A DNA stretch of 64,000 nucleotides, taken from Aliarcobacter sp. Lineage in GTDB: Bacteria; Campylobacterota; Campylobacteria; Campylobacterales; Arcobacteraceae. The translations under genes and the position numbers were made by a program. Below, one piece after another: positions 1-9,431 of the stretch (its first letter is position 1; each line of letters starts with the position of its first letter). Under the pieces are notes generated by a model that searched no databases, had not been told where the DNA came from, and saw only the letters and a list, made by a program, of their open reading frames with translations. The stretch is taken from the NCBI GenBank assembly GCA_028703945.1, contig JAQVLW010000008.1, positions 7,288 through 71,287 on the forward strand, written 5' to 3'.

Positions 1-186
1 TACTTTTTTCTTATCTGTTGATACTAAATATTTTGGTTTAAAGTTATCATCTGGATCAAACCCTAATTGAGATTTTGGTAAGTCTCTTACATGCCCCATT
101 GAGGCCATTACTGTATAATCACTACCTAAAAATTTCGATATTGTTTTCGCTTTTGCTGGGGACTCCACTATTACTAAATTCTTCAC
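1..186 (-). CDS. topA: DNA topoisomerase I, N-terminal part (runs off window edge)
   Basis: Manual translation from GTG at 186: [38 protein letters not shown], the TOPRIM start of TopA. Confidence 0.95.
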   Translation of the reverse strand, partial: MKNLVIVESPAKAKTISKFLGSDYTVMASMGHVRDLPKSQLGFDPDDNFKPKYLVSTDKKKV

Positions 187-239
187 TAAAAAACCTTCAT
201 TATTTTTAAAGTTTGCATTCTAACATAAATAAATTAATT

Positions 240-1025
240 TTACTTGTAAATTATAATCTCTTCTTCTATATCTATACTAAACTCTTCTTTTATTTTTTTC
301 TTCGCCAAATCAATCAAATATATCGCATCTTCGAAAGTTCCAGCACCATTATTTACTAAAAAATTTGCATGTTGTTCTGAGAAACTCATATCCCCTTGCC
401 TCAGACCTTTTAATTCGACTGACTCTATCAATCTTCCTGCAAAATCATCTTTTGGATTTTTAAAACAAGAACCTGCACTTGGAACATGGGGTTGATTATC
501 TCTCATTTTATTGAATTCTTTTAGTTTTTCTTTACAAAAACCAGATTCAATATTAAAAACAACTTCATAAATAATCGTATCTATTTTTGTTTCTCTATAA
601 GAAAAATTCACATCTTCTTTTTTTATATAACCATCTTTTGTTTTTATACTATTTATATAATTAAACATTTCCCAAGATTTAAGTCCCGCATTCATTTTAA
701 CTAAACCACCCAAATTTCCAGGTAGTTTTGCTAAAAATTCTAAATTTGCAATATCATTATTTCTAGTATATGTAAGAAGTTTGCCTGAAGTTGTTGAACA
801 TCCAACAAAAAGAAGATTTCCTTCTTGTTTTATATAGTCAAACTTTTCTCCTAAAATCGCAAATTTTTTATTTGTATTTGGAGATATTAAAAGGTTATTA
901 GCACGACCTATAATTTGATACTCACTATAATCGCCTATTTCATTTATTTCTAAAACTTCTAAAACTGGTCCAATTTTTATTGAAGAATATTTTTTAAAAT
1001 CTATTGTTTTTCTATTATTTTGCAT
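240..1025 (-). CDS. murB: UDP-N-acetylenolpyruvoylglucosamine reductase
   Basis: LPGNLGGLVKMNAG, PSAGSCFKNP and HANFLVN motifs. Confidence 0.95.
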   Translation of the reverse strand: MQNNRKTIDFKKYSSIKIGPVLEVLEINEIGDYSEYQIIGRANNLLISPNTNKKFAILGEKFDYIKQEGNLLFVGCSTTSGKLLTYTRNNDIANLEFLAKLPGNLGGLVKMNAGLKSWEMFNYINSIKTKDGYIKKEDVNFSYRETKIDTIIYEVVFNIESGFCKEKLKEFNKMRDNQPHVPSAGSCFKNPKDDFAGRLIESVELKGLRQGDMSFSEQHANFLVNNGAGTFEDAIYLIDLAKKKIKEEFSIDIEEEIIIYK

Positions 1026-1028
1026 TAA

Positions 1029-1892
1029 TTATCTTGCTCTTAACTCTTCATATTCACTTGGAATTAAAAAATCTTGTGATTTTATAAGATTCTCATAAAA
1101 ACCATTTTTATACCCTAGTTCATATAATTTATCCAAAGCTTTATATTGTAAATCGCTCATTTTTACAGAATTATCATTTGCATATAAATCTAAATATTTA
1201 TCTAATGTTTTGGCATCAACTCTAATTAAACCTTTTTCTATTAACATCGGAGCTAAAACTTTTCTATTTTTATTTGCAACTTCAACTGCTTTAATTAAAG
1301 TATTTTCATAATTTATAGCATCAGACAGAGGAAGAGATCGTCTTAAACACATTCCACCGAGTGGTAATGGTAAATCTCCACCACTTAATTTAACCCAAAT
1401 ATCCCACATTTCACGTTCTACTTCTAACTCTTGATTATATGTCAAAATTGATTCATGAATTAAAACACCCGCATCGACTGTTCCATTTAAAACTGCTTCT
1501 TCAATTTCTAGGAAATTTAGATAAGTTATTCTTGCGTTTGGATATGCGATTTTGAATAAAAGAGCATTAGTTGTAAATTCCCCACTAAGAGCTACTTTAA
1601 AGTTTTTCTTTAAAGTAGCTCCTTTTTTCTTTATAAGTTTTGGACCATATCCTTCACCAAAAGATACAGCTGTCTTTAATAAGGCATAATCATCTTTTAC
1701 AAAAGGATACAATGCAAATGAAATAGCACAAATATCATATTCACCTTTTAATGTTGCTTGATTTAAACTCTCTATATCATCTGCAATATTTTCAAATTTT
1801 GCATTTGTTGGAGTAACCCAACCAAACTTAATAGCATAATACATAAATATATCATCAGCATCTGGTGAATGAGCAACACTTATAGTTTTCAA
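1029..1892 (-). CDS. mqnD: 1,4-dihydroxy-6-naphthoate synthase (futalosine menaquinone pathway)
   Basis: AHSPDADDIFM, GEGYGP and LPLPLGG motifs. Confidence 0.88.
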   Translation of the reverse strand: MKTISVAHSPDADDIFMYYAIKFGWVTPTNAKFENIADDIESLNQATLKGEYDICAISFALYPFVKDDYALLKTAVSFGEGYGPKLIKKKGATLKKNFKVALSGEFTTNALLFKIAYPNARITYLNFLEIEEAVLNGTVDAGVLIHESILTYNQELEVEREMWDIWVKLSGGDLPLPLGGMCLRRSLPLSDAINYENTLIKAVEVANKNRKVLAPMLIEKGLIRVDAKTLDKYLDLYANDNSVKMSDLQYKALDKLYELGYKNGFYENLIKSQDFLIPSEYEELRAR

Positions 1893-2015
1893 TTTTTTAT
1901 CCTTGACTTTTTTCTTGGGGGGATTGTAACAAGTTATGGTTTATTTTTTGGTTATAGTGGATTTTATTACAATGAATTCTAACCATTTTTGATTAATGAT
2001 TAGAATTCTTATTAA

Positions 2016-3518
2016 CTAAAATCCCGAGTTTGAAACTAATGTAGAAATTATATTTAAAAGTGGGTCTATTAATAAAACTGCAATTATTGTTAAAAAAACT
2101 GCAAATCCAACGATTGATTTTGTTGGAGTTGTTGCATTTTGCATAAATTCAGTATTTGCACCTTGTTCAACATCTCTTAAAAACATATAAGAAATTGGTC
2201 TTAAATAATAATATGCAGCAATTACAGAATTTAATACCATTATAATCGCTAAAGCAATATGTCCTGAATTAACTGCACTTGATATTAAATACATTTTTCC
2301 CCAAAATAACGCAAAAGGAGGAAGCCCTGATAATGCAAATAAAAATAAAGCTAAAATTGAAGCAGTAAATGGTGAAATTTGAGCAAGTCCTGAGAATTTA
2401 ACAAAAGTATATGGAGATTCATAATCTTTAAACTCTTTTCCTCTATTAAGCCATAACATACCAAAAGCACCAAAATTTGTAATTGTAAATAAAATCCAAT
2501 ATAAAAAAAGTGCATTTGTTGCTTGTTGCGTTCCAATCGCAATTGCTGCCATTGCCATACCCGCATTTGAAATTGATGAATAAGCAAGCATTCTTTTAAT
2601 ATCTTTTTGTTGTAATGCAATTAAATTAGGAATTGTCATTGTTAAAATTACTGTTACATAAAGTATAGTTTGAATTATAATATCATTTGCATGAATAAAG
2701 ATTTCAAAAAATCTCAAGGCTACAACAAATCCAGCAATTTTTGGTACAACTGATATAAATCCAGCTAAGGCAGAAGTTGATCCTTGATAAACATCAGGAA
2801 CCCAAACATGATATGGAAATAAAGATAATTTAAATCCAATAGCTGCAAACATAAATGCAAAACCAACCAATACTAAAATATAATTAGAATAATTTTCCAT
2901 TGATAGAAAACCATCTTGAGTCAAAACTTGAGCCATTTGAGCTAATTCCACTGTTCCCGTAATTGCATAAAAAATCATTGAACCAAAGACAAAGAATGCA
3001 GCAGCTAATGCACCCATTGTAAAATATTTAACTGCCGCTTCTATTGATACCATTCTATTATGCATTGCAATTAATGTATATAAAGCAAGGGAAGATGTTT
3101 CAAGCCCTACAAAAATTAAAATCAGAGAATCTGAACTAACCATAAATTGGAATCCAGCAACTGCAAATAAATATAATGCAAAATATTCAGCATATCTGAA
3201 TTCTTGAAGTCTTAATTTTGATAATCCTAATAAAATAAATAATATTGAACCTCCAATGATTATACATTGAGATAAAACAGCTATTCCATCAACTAACATC
3301 AAATCAAATAAACCTCTTGGTTCTCCATTAAAAGATAAAAGAGTAAACAAATCAAAAATCAAAAATAAAACAACTAAAATTACATAAAGTGATTTATGTT
3401 TATTTTTATTAAATATATCTGTTAATAAAATTCCTAAAGCCCCAATTATTGCAATTGATATCGGTGCTATTGTTCCTAAATTTAAACTATCTAAACTTAT
3501 ATTTATAGGTTCAAGCAT
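2016..3518 (-). CDS. nuoN: NADH-quinone oxidoreductase subunit N
   Basis: EAAVKYF, FKLSLFPYHVWVPDVYQG, KRMLAYSSI motifs; last gene of nuo operon. Confidence 0.95.
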   Translation of the reverse strand: MLEPINISLDSLNLGTIAPISIAIIGALGILLTDIFNKNKHKSLYVILVVLFLIFDLFTLLSFNGEPRGLFDLMLVDGIAVLSQCIIIGGSILFILLGLSKLRLQEFRYAEYFALYLFAVAGFQFMVSSDSLILIFVGLETSSLALYTLIAMHNRMVSIEAAVKYFTMGALAAAFFVFGSMIFYAITGTVELAQMAQVLTQDGFLSMENYSNYILVLVGFAFMFAAIGFKLSLFPYHVWVPDVYQGSTSALAGFISVVPKIAGFVVALRFFEIFIHANDIIIQTILYVTVILTMTIPNLIALQQKDIKRMLAYSSISNAGMAMAAIAIGTQQATNALFLYWILFTITNFGAFGMLWLNRGKEFKDYESPYTFVKFSGLAQISPFTASILALFLFALSGLPPFALFWGKMYLISSAVNSGHIALAIIMVLNSVIAAYYYLRPISYMFLRDVEQGANTEFMQNATTPTKSIVGFAVFLTIIAVLLIDPLLNIISTLVSNSGF

Positions 3519-5050
3519 TAGTTAACCTCCCCAATAGAGTTTAAAGCTCTTATTTTTTCTTTTGAATTATTATTAACTGCTTTTATTTCCATTACTTTTG
3601 TTAGTTGAGTAACCGTTGTATTTAAAGGATCCAATACTACTTTTGGATAAATACCAAGAGCTATAATTAAAATTACCAATGCCCCAAGTGCTATTAACTC
3701 TCTTCCTAAAATATCTTTCATACTTTTATTTTCTTCTTTTACTAAGTTTCCAAAAAAAGTTCTTTTATACATTGCTAACATATAAACTGCACTTAAAACA
3801 ATCGTTAAAGAACCAATAAATGCCAAAATTGGTGAATATTTAAAGAATCCTAATAATGATAAAAATTCACCAATAAATCCAATAGTTAAAGGTAAGCCAA
3901 TAGAAGCCATTAAAACTATTCCATAAACTAGGGCAAACATTGGCATATTATGGGCTAATCCACCAAACTCTTTTATCATTTTTGTTTTTCTTCTATCATA
4001 TAACACTCCAACACACATGAAAAGTGCTCCTGAAACAATTCCATGTCCTATCATTAAATAAACAGCACCTGAAATTCCTTCAACATTTAAAGCAAATACT
4101 CCAAGAGTAATAACTCCCATATGAGAAATTGAAGAATATGCAATCATTTGTTTCATATCTTCTTGCGCATAAGCAATCATTGCCGTATAAATAATTGCAA
4201 TTAATCCTAAAGTTGCCATAAATCCAGCGAAATAAACACTTGCATCTGGAAACAATGGAAGTGAAAATCTAATAAATCCATAAGTTTCCATTTTTAGTAA
4301 TACTGCTGCTAAAATAATAGAACCAATTGTTGGTGCTTGACCATGAGCTAATGGTAACCATGTATGAAATGGAAACATTGGAACTTTTACAGCAAATGCC
4401 ATAAAAAATGCAATAAATAACCAAAGTTGCAAATCAAAAGGGAGAATTAAACTATTCCAATCAAGGAAACTAAAACTCCAAACTCCTGTTGCTTCATGAA
4501 AAATATATCCAAAATACAAAATCCCAACAAGCATTATTAATGAACCTGTGAATGTATATAAGAAGTATTTAATTGCTGCATAAAATCTTTTTTCTGCACC
4601 CCAAAATCCAATAATATAAAACATTGGAATAAGTGTAAATTCCCAAAATACATAAAATAAGATTAAATCTAAAGATACAAAAACCCCTACCATTGTCATT
4701 TCTAAAAACAACATTGTAATAATCAAGTTTTTTACACCTTTTTTTTCTGTTAAACCTATAACTGCAATCATTGTCATAAAAGCAATCATAACTATTAAAA
4801 ATAGACTTATTCCATCTACTCCTACTAAATAATTAATTCCATAAGTACTAATAAGTGGAAGACTTTGAACAAACTGCATTCCTGCAACACTTGGGTCAAA
4901 ATAGTACCAAAGTAATAATGATAAAATAAATTCAACAACAGTTACAACAACTCCGTATTGTCTCATAGAATCTTTATCTATTAAAAAACCAACAGTCGCT
5001 GCTGCTGCTGGAAAAAATATCAACATTGATAAAATGTGTTCCATTTGCAT
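3518..5050 (-). CDS. nuoM: NADH-quinone oxidoreductase subunit M
   Basis: AVKVPMFPFHTWLPLAH and KQMIAYSSISHMG motifs; operon position. Confidence 0.95.
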   Translation of the reverse strand: MQMEHILSMLIFFPAAAATVGFLIDKDSMRQYGVVVTVVEFILSLLLWYYFDPSVAGMQFVQSLPLISTYGINYLVGVDGISLFLIVMIAFMTMIAVIGLTEKKGVKNLIITMLFLEMTMVGVFVSLDLILFYVFWEFTLIPMFYIIGFWGAEKRFYAAIKYFLYTFTGSLIMLVGILYFGYIFHEATGVWSFSFLDWNSLILPFDLQLWLFIAFFMAFAVKVPMFPFHTWLPLAHGQAPTIGSIILAAVLLKMETYGFIRFSLPLFPDASVYFAGFMATLGLIAIIYTAMIAYAQEDMKQMIAYSSISHMGVITLGVFALNVEGISGAVYLMIGHGIVSGALFMCVGVLYDRRKTKMIKEFGGLAHNMPMFALVYGIVLMASIGLPLTIGFIGEFLSLLGFFKYSPILAFIGSLTIVLSAVYMLAMYKRTFFGNLVKEENKSMKDILGRELIALGALVILIIALGIYPKVVLDPLNTTVTQLTKVMEIKAVNNNSKEKIRALNSIGEVN

Positions 5051-5056
5051 AACCCC

Positions 5057-6916
5057 TTAAAGTACTGATAAAACTAAGGCAAAAACTAATCCTAAGATTA
5101 ATCCAACTGCCATAAGTCTTAAAGATGATGATAAATTTCCAGTTTGAATTGGTCTTGCTTTTACACCTAATTTATTAATAAAGTGAGCTAAACTGTCAAC
5201 TGTTGTATCAATTAATTTTATTTCAATTGTTTTCCATGCCCAAACAGAAATTGCATAATATGGTTTTGAAATAATATTTTCATAAATTTTCGGAATAAAA
5301 TATTGGTTAATTAGCAATTTATAGATTGCTGTATTTTCCCAAGATTTACTAAACCCATCTTTCTTATATTTAAACACTGCAAGTAAAATTCCACCAATTG
5401 CCATAGCACTCGTAGCTAAAATCAATATCCAAGTTGTTGAATGTTTAATATTATTAGCTTCCCAAGTTGGAAGAGCTTTAGTAACAAACTCTATAAATGA
5501 GTGCTCAAACCAACCAGCAATTACTGCTAATACGGCAAGGGGAATCATTGCTGCAATTACAAAATTTTTAGCTTCATGTGGGTGAAACTCTTCATTTGAA
5601 TAATTTTGAGTTCCAAAGAAAATTTTCATTACAAGTCTAAATGAATAAAAGGCTGTTAATCCAGCTGTTATCCATAATATTGTCCATAAAACAATAGCAT
5701 CTGCATTAAATGCTACTTCAAGTATTTTATCTTTTGAGAAAAATCCAGCAAATGGAAATATTCCTGCAAGTGCCAAGGAAGCAATAGTCATAATAATTGA
5801 AGTTCCTTTCATTTTATTATGAAGACCACCCATTTTTCTAATATCTAATTCATCATCCATTGCATGCATAACATTTCCAGCACCCAAGAATAATACAGAT
5901 TTAAAAAAGGCATGGGCAGCTAGGTGAAATAAAGCTACCCAATAAGCTCCTAGACCCGCTGCTACAAACATATATCCTAATTGTGATAGTGTTGAATAAG
6001 CAATAATTCTTTTCATATCATTATTTACTAGTGCCATTGAAGCTGCAAAAATTGCCACAAATGCTCCTAAAATTGCAATCGCATATCCAACTTCAGGAAC
6101 AAGAGTATAAAGTTCATTTGCTCTTACGACTAAATAAACTCCAGCTGTTACCATTGTTGCTGCGTGAATTAGCGCTGAAACAGGTGTTGGTCCTTCCATT
6201 GCATCTGCAAGCCATGTATGAAGTGGAAATTGTGCTGATTTTCCCATTGCTCCTAAAAATAATAAACCTGCAATCCAAATTAGAGTACTATTTTCTAAAG
6301 TAGAGATTTGTGCAAATACAATATCATATTGTAAACTTCCAATATTCCAATATATTAGGAACATCCCAAGAAGTAAACCTAAATCTCCAACTCTATTCAT
6401 AATAAAAGCTTCATTTGCAGCCCATGATGCCGATTCTTTGTGATACCAAAAACCAATCAATAACCATGAACAAACTCCAACACCTTCCCAGCCTATAAAT
6501 AAAACAGCGAAGTTATCACTCATTACAAGAACTAACATTGAAAATACAAAAGCTGAAAGATAAGAAAAATATCTATTAAAACCCTTGTCATGTTCCATAT
6601 AACCAATAGAATGAATATGAACCATAGTAGATACAACCGTAACAACACTCATCATCACAACACTAACTTGATCAACCACAAATCCAAAAGGAATATCTAA
6701 ATTCCCGATTACAATCCAATCAAATAAATTTACATGAAAAGTAGTATCTGTTGTGTAAATAAAATACAAAAGATTCAAAGATGCATACATTGAAACAGCT
6801 AACATAAAAGATGTAAATAATCCAGTAAATAAAGTCTTTTTTTGCATTGAAAATAGCGCAGAAATAAGAGAGCCTACAAGTGGGGCAAAAAGTGCAATAT
6901 ATATATATTTTTCCAT
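5057..6916 (-). CDS. nuoL: NADH-quinone oxidoreductase subunit L
   Basis: GKSAQFPLHTWLADAMEGPTPVSALIHAATMV motif. Confidence 0.96.
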   Translation of the reverse strand: MEKYIYIALFAPLVGSLISALFSMQKKTLFTGLFTSFMLAVSMYASLNLLYFIYTTDTTFHVNLFDWIVIGNLDIPFGFVVDQVSVVMMSVVTVVSTMVHIHSIGYMEHDKGFNRYFSYLSAFVFSMLVLVMSDNFAVLFIGWEGVGVCSWLLIGFWYHKESASWAANEAFIMNRVGDLGLLLGMFLIYWNIGSLQYDIVFAQISTLENSTLIWIAGLLFLGAMGKSAQFPLHTWLADAMEGPTPVSALIHAATMVTAGVYLVVRANELYTLVPEVGYAIAILGAFVAIFAASMALVNNDMKRIIAYSTLSQLGYMFVAAGLGAYWVALFHLAAHAFFKSVLFLGAGNVMHAMDDELDIRKMGGLHNKMKGTSIIMTIASLALAGIFPFAGFFSKDKILEVAFNADAIVLWTILWITAGLTAFYSFRLVMKIFFGTQNYSNEEFHPHEAKNFVIAAMIPLAVLAVIAGWFEHSFIEFVTKALPTWEANNIKHSTTWILILATSAMAIGGILLAVFKYKKDGFSKSWENTAIYKLLINQYFIPKIYENIISKPYYAISVWAWKTIEIKLIDTTVDSLAHFINKLGVKARPIQTGNLSSSLRLMAVGLILGLVFALVLSVL

Positions 6917-6918
6917 GC

Positions 6919-7218
6919 TTACCCTTTCATCCTAGCAATATCATCTAAATTCATAGAACCTGTTCTTTTGTACCATAAGATAAGTAATCCAAGCCCGATT
7001 GCTACTTCACTTGCAGCAACTGCAATAATAAAAAATGCAAACATTTGTCCTGTTAAATCTCCATGAAATTTTGAAATAGCTGCAAATCCAACATTTACGG
7101 CATTAAGCATAATTTCTGTTGAGAAAAATAACATTAATACATTTTTTCTTCTAATTACTCCTATTAAACCAATACAAAATAGAATTGTTGAAAGTATTAA
7201 ATAAGCATTAAGAGTCAT
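6919..7218 (-). CDS. nuoK: NADH-quinone oxidoreductase subunit K
   Basis: EIMLNAVN and AASEVAIGL motifs, 99 aa hydrophobic. Confidence 0.95.
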   Translation of the reverse strand: MTLNAYLILSTILFCIGLIGVIRRKNVLMLFFSTEIMLNAVNVGFAAISKFHGDLTGQMFAFFIIAVAASEVAIGLGLLILWYKRTGSMNLDDIARMKG

Positions 7219-7796
7219 TTAATCTCCTTTTGAGATGCTTTCTCAAGTCTGATTTTTTCATCTATTTCTTCTTCTTTCATTTCTGAATATGATTCATTCA
7301 TTTTTTTACCTGCAAGTACGATTCCACCAATCATTGCAACAAGAAGCATAATAGCTGCTAATTCAAAAGCTACTAAATATTTTGTAAATAATACAATTCC
7401 AACATCAGCAGAATTCCCATATTCAGGATGTATTGGATAATCAACTTTAAGATTTTGTCCAATAACTGGAGCAATTAATACAACAACTACAATTAATGCA
7501 ATAATTCCTGAAAGTAAAAATACTAATCTTGGATTTCTTATTTTCTCTTTTACTTCTGATAATGAGTCAAAGAACATCATCCCAAAGGCATATAAAGCCA
7601 TAACAGCCCCCGTATAAACAACTATTTGAACGGCACCTAAAAAGTCTGCATTTAATAAAAAGAAAAATGCAGATATAAAAATCATTCCAGCAGCAAGTGA
7701 ACTTAATGCATATAAAGCATTATTTGTTAAAACTGTAATACTAAACATACTAATTGTTAACACGGAAAATATTATAAAAGCTATAATTTCAAACAT
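7215..7796 (-). CDS. nuoJ: NADH-quinone oxidoreductase subunit J
   Basis: QIVVYTGAVMAL and FELAAIMLLVAMIG motifs. Confidence 0.93.
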   Translation of the reverse strand: MFEIIAFIIFSVLTISMFSITVLTNNALYALSSLAAGMIFISAFFFLLNADFLGAVQIVVYTGAVMALYAFGMMFFDSLSEVKEKIRNPRLVFLLSGIIALIVVVVLIAPVIGQNLKVDYPIHPEYGNSADVGIVLFTKYLVAFELAAIMLLVAMIGGIVLAGKKMNESYSEMKEEEIDEKIRLEKASQKEIK

Positions 7797-7807
7797 TTAG
7801 ACTCCTC

Positions 7808-8431
7808 TTAGTATGATAATGGTGTTTTTTTAATTTTTTTATCTGCATCAGGTGACACCGAACCATATCCTTCAAATTCAAGTTGTGCACCCAAACCATT
7901 TATTGATGTTAAAATATCTTCTTTAAGTGAAAAATGTGCTCTTTGTTCACTTGAATTTTCATATCTTCCACCATGAACGATTGCAAGTTCAGGACAAACC
8001 TCAGCACAATATCCACAGAAAATACATCTTCCCATGTTTATCGTATATTGCATTACCTCTTTTCTTGAATTTTCATCAATTCTTGTTTCCATTCTAATAC
8101 AATTTGCAATACAAATCTTTTCGCAAAGTCCACAACCAATACATCTTTCTTCACCTGATTCTAAAAGCCTAAGAAGTTTATGTACAGCTCTATATCTTGG
8201 ACCTATTGGTAATTTTTCTTTTGGATATTGAACTGTTGCCATTTCACCTTTGAATAATGCCCGATACATTATTCCAAAAGTGATTCTCATACCAACAAAA
8301 AGTTCACCTTTTATAGAACGCACTAATACTTGCTTTAACATATCCCATGAAGTTTTAGGATAATCATCCTCTTGAACTGTGATATATCTATCTGATATAT
8401 TTCTATTTTTAAACTCTTTTAGTTCCATCAT
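7808..8431 (-). CDS. nuoI: NADH-quinone oxidoreductase subunit I
   Basis: Two CxxCxxCxxxC ferredoxin motifs (CIGCGLCEKIC, CIFCGYCAEVC). Confidence 0.95.
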   Translation of the reverse strand: MMELKEFKNRNISDRYITVQEDDYPKTSWDMLKQVLVRSIKGELFVGMRITFGIMYRALFKGEMATVQYPKEKLPIGPRYRAVHKLLRLLESGEERCIGCGLCEKICIANCIRMETRIDENSRKEVMQYTINMGRCIFCGYCAEVCPELAIVHGGRYENSSEQRAHFSLKEDILTSINGLGAQLEFEGYGSVSPDADKKIKKTPLSY

Positions 8432-8437
8432 TAACTC

Positions 8438-9430
8438 CTAAAACATCATCACAAAACCAGTAACTAAAATATTTAGTACTGCAAGTGGCATTAATATTTT
8501 CCAACATAACCACATTAATTGATCAGGTCTAATATGAGGCCAAGAAGCTCTTGTCCATAAAAAGATAAAAATCAAAAACATAACTTTTAATACAATTGCC
8601 AATCCACCTGGGATAAACCATAAATCATTAAATCCACCTAAAAATATAAGCGTAATTAAAAATGAAATTGTAAAAAGGTTCGCATACTCTCCAATAAAAA
8701 ACATCCCCCATCTCATACCTGAATACTCAGTTGCATAACCAGCAACTAATTCAGCTTCGTGCTCAAGTAAGTCAAATGGTGTTCTATTTGTCTCTGCAAA
8801 TCCAGCAATTGTAAATAAAATAAAAGCTAATGGTTGAGACCAAATAATCCAGTCACTAACTCCCCCTGATTGATAGTTATTAATATCAATTAAAGATAAA
8901 CTTCCAACCATCATAAGTGGAGCTAAAAGTGAAAGTCCTGATACAACTTCATAAGATAAAAGTTGAATTGCAGTTCTTGCACCCCCAAGTAATGCCCATT
9001 TATTAGCACTACTCATACCACCTAGTAATGGTCCATAAAGTCCAACAGCGCCCACAGACATTACAAATAAAACACCCACATTAATATCAGAAATAATTGG
9101 TCTAACTGTATATCCAAACATTTCAAATTCTGGGAAGAATGGAACTGCACTCATTGCAATAAATGCAGTTGCAGCGGTAATTAAAGGTGCCACCATAAAA
9201 ATTGGTTTATTTGCGTTTGCAGGAATAAAATCTTCTTTACAAAATAGTTTGATTCCATCTGCTGCTATTTGTAATAATCCATAAGGTCCAACATTTGTAG
9301 GTCCTAATCTTCGTTGCATAAATGCTAAAACTTTTCTTTCAATATAAGTTGTAAATCCAGCAAGTGCTGAGAAAACTGATAAAACAACAACTACTTTGAT
9401 TACTGTTTCTAATATGATACTTGTTTCCAT
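8438..9430 (-). CDS. nuoH: NADH-quinone oxidoreductase subunit H
   Basis: ERKVLAFMQRRLGP and AETNRTPFDL motifs. Confidence 0.96.
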   Translation of the reverse strand: METSIILETVIKVVVVLSVFSALAGFTTYIERKVLAFMQRRLGPTNVGPYGLLQIAADGIKLFCKEDFIPANANKPIFMVAPLITAATAFIAMSAVPFFPEFEMFGYTVRPIISDINVGVLFVMSVGAVGLYGPLLGGMSSANKWALLGGARTAIQLLSYEVVSGLSLLAPLMMVGSLSLIDINNYQSGGVSDWIIWSQPLAFILFTIAGFAETNRTPFDLLEHEAELVAGYATEYSGMRWGMFFIGEYANLFTISFLITLIFLGGFNDLWFIPGGLAIVLKVMFLIFIFLWTRASWPHIRPDQLMWLCWKILMPLAVLNILVTGFVMMF

Positions 9431-9431
9431 A

